The position numbers and the translations under genes were made by a program. Below the pieces are notes generated by a model that searched no databases, was not told the DNA's origin, and was given only the letters and a program-made list of their open reading frames with translations. A stretch of DNA of 64,000 bases. Source: an uncultured Acidobacteriota bacterium (GTDB lineage: Bacteria > Acidobacteriota > Polarisedimenticolia > JACPZX01). The stretch is taken from assembly GCA_964400605.1 (NCBI GenBank), contig CAYNUH010000011.1, positions 1,983 through 65,982 of the forward strand. The letters are read 5' to 3'. This document shows, piece by piece, positions 19,330 to 28,000 of the stretch (within the stretch, counting starts at the first letter, position 1; each line of letters starts with the position of its first letter).

Positions 19330-21656
19330 AGGGCCACCCCCAGGGCGCGCAGGGTGAAGTTCAACGCGCCGCCGACGAGGATCGCGAAGGGGAAGATGAA
19401 CGCGGCCACCAGGAGGGCCGCCTTCGTGCCCCTCTCCTTGACGATCATGAGGAAGTTTGCGATGCAGGGGATGAACAGCGTCACGGTGACCAGGCTGACC
19501 ACGACCTGGATGGGATCCAGCAGTCCGCCCTCCGCCATCCGGTAGAGCCCGGCGGAGCCGAAGTCGCGCCTCAGGAACCCGATGATGAACGCCTCCGAGG
19601 CCTCCGCCGGCAGGCCCAGCACCCCCGTGACGAGCGGCGACACCGCCGCCTCCACGACGGCGAGGATGCCGGTGCGGTCCGTGACGAAGAGAAGGAGAGT
19701 TCCCACGATGAAGAGAGGGACGGCCTCCTTCAGGTACCACTCCATCCGCGCCATGGTCTTGGTGACGATGTTGGAGAGGGCCGGCACGCGCAGCGGCGGG
19801 ACCTCGAGGATGAAGTCGGAGCCGCGCCCGGGGAGAAGCCTGGACGCGCCGAAGCCCACGAGGACGATCACTCCGCAGACGACTGCTGACCAGAGGGCGG
19901 CCGCCTTCCACGAGAGGGCGGCCAGCATCCCCAGGATGACGCCGAGCTGCGCCGAGCACGGGACGCCAAGGGCCAGAAGGAGGATGACGATCAGCCGCTC
20001 CTTCCGGGTCTCGAGGATCCTCGTGGTCAGCGTGGCCATGGTGTCGCAGCCGAGCCCCAGCACCATCGGGAGGACGGCCTTGCCGTTCAGCCCCATGACG
20101 CGGAAGACCTTGTTCACCATCACGGCGAGGCGGGGGAGGTACCCCGAATCCTCGAGGATGCTGAAGGCGAAAAAGAACGTCGCGACGATGGGCAGCACGA
20201 TGGCGATGGCGTACGTGACTCCCATGGTGAGCAGTCCGTAGGGGCCGACGACCATGTCGGACAGGCTGCTCCACGGCGAGTGCTCTCGGAAGAGCCGGTA
20301 GGCGAGCGGGTTCACGTACCCGCTCCAGTAGTGCAGCTCGATGCGGGTCGCGCCCGCCGGCAGCGACACGCGGTAGACGCCCGGGGCCGTCTCGCTGACC
20401 GTCGAGGCGAAGGCGCCGGGACCTTCGCCCGCGAAGACCTGCAACGCGGCTTCGGGGACCGGCTCCCAGGCGCCGGGCCTCCGCCGCGCCGCCGCGTCCG
20501 TCTTCCGCTCCAGCGCCACTTCCATCAACGGGCCTCCGCCCGGCGCGCCGGAGGGCGGATCGAGCAACCTCAGCCGCATCTCCCTTCCGGGCGGGCCGGG
20601 CAGCGCGCGGGGCGGGTGTTCGGGGGAGACGGCGACCCGCAGGCTCGCGAGGTCCTGACCGAACACTCTCGATTCGAGGAAGTTCACCGCCGTGCCCGCG
20701 CCGAAGTCGCCGACGAACAGATACATGACGTAGAGCACGGCCAGCAGTACGGGCACTCCCCAGACGGGGTGCATCGTGGCCGAGCTGAGGGCGTCGGCGA
20801 GGCGCCCGGTCGCGCGCGCCTGGGACCGGGTGACTTCCGCGGCCAGCGCCTGCGCGGCGCGCAGACGCCGTTCGTTGATGACGAAGGCCAGGGAGCGCGG
20901 GAAGGCGCGCGCCAGTGCGAGGCGGATCTCCTCGATGCGGGCGACCTGGTCGCCGGACAGCCGGAGCCTGAGCCATGGGGTGAGCGTCTCGTCGCCCACG
21001 AGCAGCATCAGCGCCATGGCGCGGCGCGAGATGTTCGCCTCGGGAAGCATCGGCTCCACCTGAGCCGCGGCCTCCTCCACGCGGCGGTCGTAGGTGACCG
21101 GGCACGCGGAGCGGCGCGCCTCTCGGGCCAGCGGCAGGATGCGGGACGTTCCTTCGCGGCGTGTGGCGACCGTGCGCAGGACGTCCACCCCCAGCCGCCG
21201 CGACAGGAGGGCGATGTCGAGGCTCATCCCTCGGCTCTCCGCCTCGTCGGCCATGTTCAGGCAGAGGACGAAGGGGCGGCCGGCCTCCGCGAGCTCGAGG
21301 GAGAGAAGGAGCGTGCGGGGGAGGTTTTTCTCGTCGCCGATCTGGACGACAGGCGTGTCCTCTGCAAGGAGGATGTCACGGGTGACCCGCTCGTCCTCGG
21401 ATTGGGGAATGAGCGTGTTGATGCCCGGTGTATCCGTGACGGCGACCCGCGCTCCGGCGTGGGTGGCGTAGCCTCGGGTGACCTCGACGGTGGTGCCCGG
21501 GTAGTTGGAGACCGTGACGTAGCGGCCCGTCAGGAGGCCGAAGATGACGCTCTTCCCCACGTTGGGGTTGCCCACCAGGACGAGCGCATCGGGTCCGGCG
21601 CGTCCCACCGCGAGCGGCTCGTGGGGAGAGGGCGGGGCGGTGGTGGAGGCCATCAT
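19326..21656 (-). CDS. feoB: Ferrous iron transporter B
   Basis: GNPNVGKS, NYPGTTVE, DTPG, NMAD GTPase motifs; LEDSGYLPR, LGLGC, PCSAQ, FIPCIA membrane motifs. Confidence 0.96.
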   Translation of the reverse strand: MMASTTAPPSPHEPLAVGRAGPDALVLVGNPNVGKSVIFGLLTGRYVTVSNYPGTTVEVTRGYATHAGARVAVTDTPGINTLIPQSEDERVTRDILLAEDTPVVQIGDEKNLPRTLLLSLELAEAGRPFVLCLNMADEAESRGMSLDIALLSRRLGVDVLRTVATRREGTSRILPLAREARRSACPVTYDRRVEEAAAQVEPMLPEANISRRAMALMLLVGDETLTPWLRLRLSGDQVARIEEIRLALARAFPRSLAFVINERRLRAAQALAAEVTRSQARATGRLADALSSATMHPVWGVPVLLAVLYVMYLFVGDFGAGTAVNFLESRVFGQDLASLRVAVSPEHPPRALPGPPGREMRLRLLDPPSGAPGGGPLMEVALERKTDAAARRRPGAWEPVPEAALQVFAGEGPGAFASTVSETAPGVYRVSLPAGATRIELHYWSGYVNPLAYRLFREHSPWSSLSDMVVGPYGLLTMGVTYAIAIVLPIVATFFFAFSILEDSGYLPRLAVMVNKVFRVMGLNGKAVLPMVLGLGCDTMATLTTRILETRKERLIVILLLALGVPCSAQLGVILGMLAALSWKAAALWSAVVCGVIVLVGFGASRLLPGRGSDFILEVPPLRVPALSNIVTKTMARMEWYLKEAVPLFIVGTLLLFVTDRTGILAVVEAAVSPLVTGVLGLPAEASEAFIIGFLRRDFGSAGLYRMAEGGLLDPIQVVVSLVTVTLFIPCIANFLMIVKERGTKAALLVAAFIFPFAILVGGALNFTLRALGVAL

Positions 21657-22099
21657 CGCTCCTGGCAGCCGCGGCACAGGCCCTCGATCCGCAGCGCGTG
21701 GCTCACCGGCCTGAAGCCCAGTCGTTGGCACACCAGGGCCTGACGCTTCTCGAGGGGGTCGTCGGTGAACTCGATGATCCGGCCGCACGAAAGGCAGTGC
21801 ATGTGCTCGTGGTGCCCCTTGCGGTGCGCCCGCTCGTAGAGGGCCCTCCGCGGCGTCCGGTCGCTGAGGAAGATCCTCTGGACGAAGCCGCTGTCCACGA
21901 GGTGCTCCAGAGTCCGGTACACGGTGGCCCTGGACACGGGCGCCTTCCTGCGGGCGAGGTTTGCTGCCAGATCGTCGGCGTCGAAGTGGGCCTGCATCCC
22001 GAAGATCTCGTCGAGAATCACACGGCGTTCCCGCGTCATCTTGAGGTTGCGGGAGCCGAGGTAGCCCGCGAACAGGCTCCGTTCCCGGGTGGCTCTCAT
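21653..22099 (-). CDS. fur: Fur-family transcriptional regulator
   Basis: HFDADDL, VSRATVYRTL, HHEHMHCLSCG, CRGC motifs. Confidence 0.93.
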   Translation of the reverse strand: MRATRERSLFAGYLGSRNLKMTRERRVILDEIFGMQAHFDADDLAANLARRKAPVSRATVYRTLEHLVDSGFVQRIFLSDRTPRRALYERAHRKGHHEHMHCLSCGRIIEFTDDPLEKRQALVCQRLGFRPVSHALRIEGLCRGCQER

Positions 22100-22125
22100 G
22101 GAGGCGCCTCCGCCCTGTTTCTGAT

Positions 22126-22170
22126 ATTGCGACTCATTCTCAACGTATCCCGGCGCGCTCCGCATGTCAA
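22126..22170 (-). promoter_or_regulatory. Sigma70 promoter overlapped by a Fur-box-like operator
   Basis: Minus strand TTGACA-17-TACGTT (22170-22142), immediately followed by imperfect palindrome TTGAGAAT-G-AGTCGCAA (22143-22127). Confidence 0.8.
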
Positions 22171-22222
22171 GGGGCTGCGGGAGGCGTCACACGGCCCGCC
22201 TGGAGGGGTGCGCGGAATGACG

Positions 22223-23539
22223 CTAGAGCTTGATGAAGGAGAGGTCGGCCTGGGGAAGCGGCGAGGCGGGGCGGGCGAAGAGGTAGCCTTGCCCCATCGT
22301 GACGCCCACGTCGACGAGGGCCGCCAGCTCTTCGCGCTTCTCGATCCCCTCGGCGATGAGCTTGATGCCCACCGACTCCGAGAAGCGCTGGATGGTGGCC
22401 ACGAGCTCCCGCTTGAGGGGCTGTGCGTGGATGTCCCTCACGAGGCTGATGTCCACCTTGAGGAACTCGGGCTGGATCTCCGCGAGCGATTGCAGTCCGG
22501 CGTAGGCGGATCCCATGTCGTCGATGGCGAGGCGGAACCCTCGGGATCGGAAGTACGCCAGCGTCTGGCGGAACGCCGTGAAGTCGGGAATGGCGGAATG
22601 CTCCGTCACCTCCAGGACCACCCGATCCGGGGTCAGCCGGGCCCTCTCCAGAAGGCGCATCGTCCTGTCGCTGCGGAAGTGCGGATCGTAGATCGACTCG
22701 GGCTCGACGTTGAGGAAGAGCAGGGTGTCACGGGGGAGCTCCGCCACGCCGGCGAGCGCCCGCTCGCGGCACAGTCGCTCCAGCCTCCAGACGTCCTTGG
22801 ACTGGTGCGCCGCCCGGAAGAGGGCGTCCACGTTCTCGAAGTGGTCCCCCTGGACCCGGCTGAGCGCCTCATAGCCGGCCACCCTGGCCTCACGGAGGTC
22901 CACGACGGGCTGGTACACGCTGCGCACCAGCCGGCCCTCGATCACCTCGTTGAGGCGGGAGGTGAGAGCGTGGGCGAGACGGTCGCGCTCGCGCATGGAG
23001 TCGGCGTGCGCCTCGTCCAGCGCCCGGTACACCAGCCGCTCGGGCCGCAGCAGCGGGTCGTTCTCCACGAGCGCGCATCCGATGAAGCAGGGAAACCTCC
23101 GGGAGATGTCGGGCGTCAGGCGCCGTGACAGGAAGCGGGACAGCCGGCCGACGAGCCTGTCCCGGATCCTGAGCAGATCCTCGCGCTGCATGTGCTGCCG
23201 GCGGCGCGGCGGCGATACGAGGATGACGAAGGCGTTGCCGCTGATCATGACCTCGGAAATGAAGTCCTCGCGTCTCAGGAGGACGGTCCGCACCGACGCG
23301 AGGAAGCGGCCCACGTCCCGGACGATGGAGTCGAAGGCCTGCCATCCCGTGATCTGCTCCGCGGGCAGCGCCTGGAACACGTTCACGGAGAGGATGGAGA
23401 GGTAGCCGTTCTCCCTCAGACCCTCGCGCATCTTGTCCAGGAGGAGCGGGACCGTCGGGAGATCCGTCACCGGATCGATGAGCATCTCCTCGCCGTGAGG
23501 CGCGTCCTGGACGTCGGTGCCGTCGGTGGGAGCCTTCAC
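22223..23539 (-). CDS. EAL-domain c-di-GMP phosphodiesterase with degenerate N-terminal GGDEF-like domain
   Basis: GTG overlapping the DGC stop; DPVTDLP; YQPVV, GYEALSR, LFLNV, LAIDDMGS, LKVD, IAEGIE, QGYLF. Confidence 0.9.
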   Translation of the reverse strand: MKAPTDGTDVQDAPHGEEMLIDPVTDLPTVPLLLDKMREGLRENGYLSILSVNVFQALPAEQITGWQAFDSIVRDVGRFLASVRTVLLRREDFISEVMISGNAFVILVSPPRRRQHMQREDLLRIRDRLVGRLSRFLSRRLTPDISRRFPCFIGCALVENDPLLRPERLVYRALDEAHADSMRERDRLAHALTSRLNEVIEGRLVRSVYQPVVDLREARVAGYEALSRVQGDHFENVDALFRAAHQSKDVWRLERLCRERALAGVAELPRDTLLFLNVEPESIYDPHFRSDRTMRLLERARLTPDRVVLEVTEHSAIPDFTAFRQTLAYFRSRGFRLAIDDMGSAYAGLQSLAEIQPEFLKVDISLVRDIHAQPLKRELVATIQRFSESVGIKLIAEGIEKREELAALVDVGVTMGQGYLFARPASPLPQADLSFIKL

Positions 23540-24822
23540 GCGGTCCTCCTGCCGGTCACGGCGGCCTCGGCCGCCTCGTCGGACTCGGAGAGATACGTGG
23601 GCTCGTGGAGGGTGACCCGGTTTCTGCCGGCCCTCTTGGACTTGTACAGGGCGTCGTCGGCGGTGCTGATCAGCTCGGCGCTGGTCCTGCCGTCGTACGG
23701 ATAGCACGCGACGCCGCCGGAAATGGTCAGGTCGCCGCCGGGCTGGCTCTCCTCCTTGGGGTACTCGTGGGCCTGGATCGCGGAACGGATCTTCTCGGCC
23801 ACGACGGCCGCCCCCGACTTGGCAGTGCCCGGCAGCAGCACGATGAACTCCTCCCCGCCGTAGCGGGCCGGGACGTCGTCCTCACGCAGGGACTCCCGCA
23901 GGACCCGGCCGGTGAGCTTGAGCGCCTCGTCCCCCGCCAGGTGCCCATTGGAGTCGTTGTAGTGCTTGAAGTGGTCTATGTCGAACATGAAGACGGAGAA
24001 CTCCTCGTGCCGGCTATCGGCCCGGATGATCTCTTCGGCCAACCGGGTCAAGAAGAACCGCTTGGTGCAGAGCCGCGTCAGGCCGTCGCTGTTGACGAGC
24101 TGCTCCATCTTGTGGAAAAGCACCGCGTTGTTGAGGGCGATGCTCCCCAGGTCCGCGACCATCTTGAGCATGGTCTTCTCGTTCTTGGGGTGCCGGAGCA
24201 TCCCCCCGACGGCAATGACCCCCAGCGTCGTCTCCTCATGGCCCATCGGCACGGCCAGCTCGACCCTGAGGTGAGGTTCGGACGCGGCGTCGAAGTCGGC
24301 CTTCACGAACTTCGCTTTCTGCTGGAAGTCGCTCTCGTCCATGGAGATCTGGTGAGAGGCCACCCAGCCCACGCGCCCCTCGCCGAAGAGGATGATTCGC
24401 CTGCGGGCATACTCCGGCGCCAGCCCCTTCCCCTCCACGAGGAGCAACCCGTCGTTCCGGTGCGTCGTGAAGAAGATGAGAATCTGCTCCGGGTCGAAGA
24501 TCTGCTCGATCATCCGGAGCAGCATGGGGGCGATCCGCCGCTTCTCGAGGTTTGTGTTCAGTTCCCGGGCGAAGTCCGGGAGCAGCGTCAGGAAGGTGGA
24601 GAGGTTCTTGTTCTCGTTCTGAAGGATCCAGACGCTTTTGCGCAGGTCCCGGCTCTCTTCGTCCACGAGCTGGGTCTGGGAGGAGAGGTCTTCGGTCGCT
24701 TTCTCCCTCCCCGCCCGGGCCCCCAGCCAGCGTCCGACGAAGAAGGCGAGCCCCGCCGAGAGGAGCGCGGCGGCGCCGGCGAGGATCAGGAGCTGGGGAT
24801 CGGCGGAGATCAGTGTGGACAA
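23536..24822 (-). CDS. Membrane-anchored GAF-GGDEF diguanylate cyclase
   Basis: N-terminal TM; GAF; DGLT, DIDHFK, RxxD I-site (REDD), RYGGEEF. Confidence 0.93.
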   Translation of the reverse strand: MSTLISADPQLLILAGAAALLSAGLAFFVGRWLGARAGREKATEDLSSQTQLVDEESRDLRKSVWILQNENKNLSTFLTLLPDFARELNTNLEKRRIAPMLLRMIEQIFDPEQILIFFTTHRNDGLLLVEGKGLAPEYARRRIILFGEGRVGWVASHQISMDESDFQQKAKFVKADFDAASEPHLRVELAVPMGHEETTLGVIAVGGMLRHPKNEKTMLKMVADLGSIALNNAVLFHKMEQLVNSDGLTRLCTKRFFLTRLAEEIIRADSRHEEFSVFMFDIDHFKHYNDSNGHLAGDEALKLTGRVLRESLREDDVPARYGGEEFIVLLPGTAKSGAAVVAEKIRSAIQAHEYPKEESQPGGDLTISGGVACYPYDGRTSAELISTADDALYKSKRAGRNRVTLHEPTYLSESDEAAEAAVTGRRTA

Positions 24823-25101
24823 GTCCCCTCCGGGCGCACGGATCGGGTGCCTCGCCGTTGCGGGAGCCAGTGAAACGAAGCAACGTTCGTGCCCGGAGGA
24901 CGTTTCGCAACGGAACGGGATCGGGGCGAGAGAACGCCGACTCTCCCGATCGGGCGGCCGGGAAAGCGAGCTTCATAGGCCGAGAGTCGTGGAACGCGCC
25001 GCGTTCCCGACGTCAGCGACATCTTGATGACGCGGCGGGTGACGCGATCGGCCTGCGGCGCCCGAGGGGGATGCCCTGCCGGAACACGGCGCCGGCGCGC
25101 G

Positions 25102-26790
25102 CTAGGAGGGCGAAGACGAATGCTTGGCGAGGCAGAGCACGTCCTCGCCGATCCGGCGGCAGGGTCCGAGCGAGAAGGCGGAGGCGGCGCGCTCCTGCAC
25201 GCGGAGGAACTCCTCTCGGGATCCGATGAACCGCGCGGAGGGGTCGCGCGCGGCCTCGAGGACGTCGCCGGGAGTCCTGAGCAGCGGGATCCGATCCCGC
25301 TTCAGATAGAAATTGAGGGCGCCCGAGTGCTTGCTTCCCACGTAGTAAAGAGGGCCCTCTCCCGCGACCTGCGTGATCTCCGAGGCGAGGTAGGCGGCGC
25401 TCTTCACTCGGTTGATCACGGGGGCCCAGAGCGGCCCTCCGGTCGCAAGCAAGAGGGCCCAGCCCGCGAAGAGGGCCGCGAACGATTCTCCGCGGCGCGA
25501 GAAGGCGAGCGAGACGGCCCAGGCGCAGCAGCCGCCCAGAAGGACGGCGGGGACGATCAGCCTCAGGTTGCCGGGCCACGCGAAGGTCGCCTCGACCGCC
25601 GCTCGGGCCGCCTCGCTGCCCGGCTCCGAGAGCGTGGCCGCCGTGGAACGGGGCAGCAAGCCCGAGCCCGCGACGGCCGGCGCGGCCAGGACCCCCGCGA
25701 ATCCAACGCCGAGAAGCGCCGCCGCGATCACCGCCCCTCGCCCGTGACGTATCCGGCCGTCGGGCTCGAAGAACCTGCGCATCATCCACCCCGCCACGAG
25801 GAGCGCCGCGGCCGGGAAGAGGGGGAGCATGTAACGCGTCTTCTTGCCCGAGATGGCGGAGAAGAGGATGAAGGTCGAGGCGAACCAGGCGAGAGGAAAC
25901 AGCATCGGGCGCACCTGGCCGACCCTCTCCCTCACCGACGCGGCCAGAGCCTGAGGGAGAAAGACCGTCCAGGGCAGGAAGGCGACGGGGAGGATCAGGA
26001 GGAAGTAGTAGAGAGGCTCTTTGTGGATGAAGGCGTCGTAGGCCCTTCCGACGTTCTGCTTGATGAGCATCGTCTCCAGGTAGGCCGACCCACCCCTCGA
26101 TGCGGCCGCTTGGAGCCAGAGCGCGACGGGCGCGATCACCAGAGGGATCCCCCAGAGGGGATGGGAGGCCCGGAGGGACCGCCATCCGTCGCGGAGGGAC
26201 GTGTACGCGAGCGCCGTCAGGGCAGGGACGATGAACCCCACCGGCCCCTTCGCCAGCACCCCGAGGGAGCACGAGGCGTAGAAGATCGGCATGCCCGTCC
26301 GGGCCCCGCAACGGTGGCTGACGAATCCGTAGGCCGCTGTGGTGCACAGCGCGGTCAGGAGCGGATCGATGACGCCGGACTGGCCGAGCTGCCAGAAGAG
26401 CACCGACGTGGCCAGCAAGAAGGCGGCCAGGGCGCCCGTGGCCTCGCCCATCACGATGGCCCCGATCCTCCACGTCAGCAGGAGCGTCGCGGTGGAGGCG
26501 ATCACCGATACCAGCCGGCCGCCCGCCCCGGGCGGGACTCCCGGCACGCGCGAGGCCGCGATGGAGAGCCAGAAGAAGAGGGGCGGCTTCTCCGGGTAGA
26601 CGTCGCCGTTGAGATGAGGCAGGATGAAGTCCCCCGTTGTGGTCATCTCCCGGGCCGCCTCCGCGTACTTGGGCTCGTCGGGGGCCCACAGGTCCCGGTT
26701 CCAGACGGAGGGGAGGTACAGGATGGCCGCGAGAGCGAGGATCGCGGCCGCGCGGGCGCCCGGGCGCCGCGCCGCGGCGCAGGGCGTCAC
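25102..26790 (-). CDS. ArnT/PMT-family (GT-C) polyprenyl-sugar transferase
   Basis: WAPDEPKYAEAAREM, EKPPLFFW, LAKGPVG, KKTRYMLP; multiple TM helices. Confidence 0.9.
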   Translation of the reverse strand: MTPCAAARRPGARAAAILALAAILYLPSVWNRDLWAPDEPKYAEAAREMTTTGDFILPHLNGDVYPEKPPLFFWLSIAASRVPGVPPGAGGRLVSVIASTATLLLTWRIGAIVMGEATGALAAFLLATSVLFWQLGQSGVIDPLLTALCTTAAYGFVSHRCGARTGMPIFYASCSLGVLAKGPVGFIVPALTALAYTSLRDGWRSLRASHPLWGIPLVIAPVALWLQAAASRGGSAYLETMLIKQNVGRAYDAFIHKEPLYYFLLILPVAFLPWTVFLPQALAASVRERVGQVRPMLFPLAWFASTFILFSAISGKKTRYMLPLFPAAALLVAGWMMRRFFEPDGRIRHGRGAVIAAALLGVGFAGVLAAPAVAGSGLLPRSTAATLSEPGSEAARAAVEATFAWPGNLRLIVPAVLLGGCCAWAVSLAFSRRGESFAALFAGWALLLATGGPLWAPVINRVKSAAYLASEITQVAGEGPLYYVGSKHSGALNFYLKRDRIPLLRTPGDVLEAARDPSARFIGSREEFLRVQERAASAFSLGPCRRIGEDVLCLAKHSSSPS

Positions 26791-27086
26791 AGGCGCTCCA
26801 GGGCGTCCGGGCTCCCCCGCTTGCGGTGGATGAACATCAGGTTGCGGACGTAGACGATGCTGCCCGCGAGCTGCCCGGCAATGAACACCGGATCCCCGAT
26901 GTGGATGGAGTAGGCGAGCAGGAGGAGGCCTCCGCCGAGGCTCATGTACCAGAAGGCGATGGGGATCACGGATCTCTGCTGCCGCTCGGACTGGTACCAC
27001 TGGACCAGGAACCGTCCGAAGAAGAAAATCTGTCCCGCGAACCCGACGAGGAGCCAGGGGCTCGAAAGGATGGGGGAGTGCGGCAT
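26787..27086 (-). CDS. Lipid A biosynthesis N-terminal (LAB_N) domain small membrane protein
   Basis: GFAGQIFFFGRFLVQWYQSE...SVIPIAFWYMSLGG...DPVFIAGQ...YVRNL. Confidence 0.88.
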   Translation of the reverse strand: MPHSPILSSPWLLVGFAGQIFFFGRFLVQWYQSERQQRSVIPIAFWYMSLGGGLLLLAYSIHIGDPVFIAGQLAGSIVYVRNLMFIHRKRGSPDALERL

Positions 27087-27844
27087 CACGCCTCCTCGGT
27101 GACCTGGTAGTGGATATGGCGGCTCTTCATCCAGCGCACGGCCAGAAGATCGTGGAAGGAGTGGAACACGCGGTTGCCGATCCCGTACTTGGAGACGCCG
27201 GCGACTCGCGGCCTGTGGGAGACGGGCACCTGGCAGACCCGGAACCCGCTCATCCGCACCAACGTCGGAAGGAACCGATGCATCCCGTTGAACATCGGGA
27301 CCGAATCCAGGCACGGCCGCCGGAAGGCCTTGAGCGTGCAGCCGGTGTCGATGATGTCGTCGCCGGACAGGGCGTTGCGCACGGCGTTGGCGATCCGGCT
27401 GGAGGCAAGGCGCACCCAACCGTCCATGCGCCGGCTCCGGTAGCCGACCGCCGCGTCGTATTCCGGAATCATATCCAGCAGCGCCCGGATGTCGGCAGGA
27501 TCGTTTTGGAGATCGGCGTCCAGCGTCACGAAGATCTCCCCCCGTGCCGCGCGGAAGCCGGCCATCAGGGCGGCCGTCTGGCCGCAGTTCCGGGACAGTC
27601 GCAGTACCCGGATGTCGCGGCAGGACCGCCTCATCTCCGCGAGCACCTCGGCGGAACCGTCGTCGCTGCCGTCGTCCACGAGGATCACCTCGTACGTTCG
27701 GGAGATCGACTCCAGAGCCGCGCGCATCTCGCTCCAGAGCGGCAGGAGGTTGTCCTTCTCGTTGTAGACAGGGATGACAACGGAGAGCTGAGGGGACGGG
27801 CCCGCCGGCCGATCAGGGAGAACTCCGCCCACCGGGCGATTCAC
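27086..27844 (-). CDS. GT2 polyprenol-phosphate glycosyltransferase (ArnC/DPM-like)
   Basis: VVIPVYNE, VDDGSDD, LDADLQNDP, DTGCTLK, HRFLP motifs. Confidence 0.92.
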   Translation of the reverse strand: MNRPVGGVLPDRPAGPSPQLSVVIPVYNEKDNLLPLWSEMRAALESISRTYEVILVDDGSDDGSAEVLAEMRRSCRDIRVLRLSRNCGQTAALMAGFRAARGEIFVTLDADLQNDPADIRALLDMIPEYDAAVGYRSRRMDGWVRLASSRIANAVRNALSGDDIIDTGCTLKAFRRPCLDSVPMFNGMHRFLPTLVRMSGFRVCQVPVSHRPRVAGVSKYGIGNRVFHSFHDLLAVRWMKSRHIHYQVTEEA

Positions 27845-28000
27845 GGGGCAGACCTCCGGTGCATACGCGCGGTCTCATCCGCGGCGGGCGAGCGAAAGTT
27901 CTCGGACAGTCTCGATCCTTCCGCCCGCCGCCGGTTGCAGGCCGATGCTGGATCGCACGCGGTCAACACCCTCATGGTGCAGGGTTTGGAGCGACAGCCC

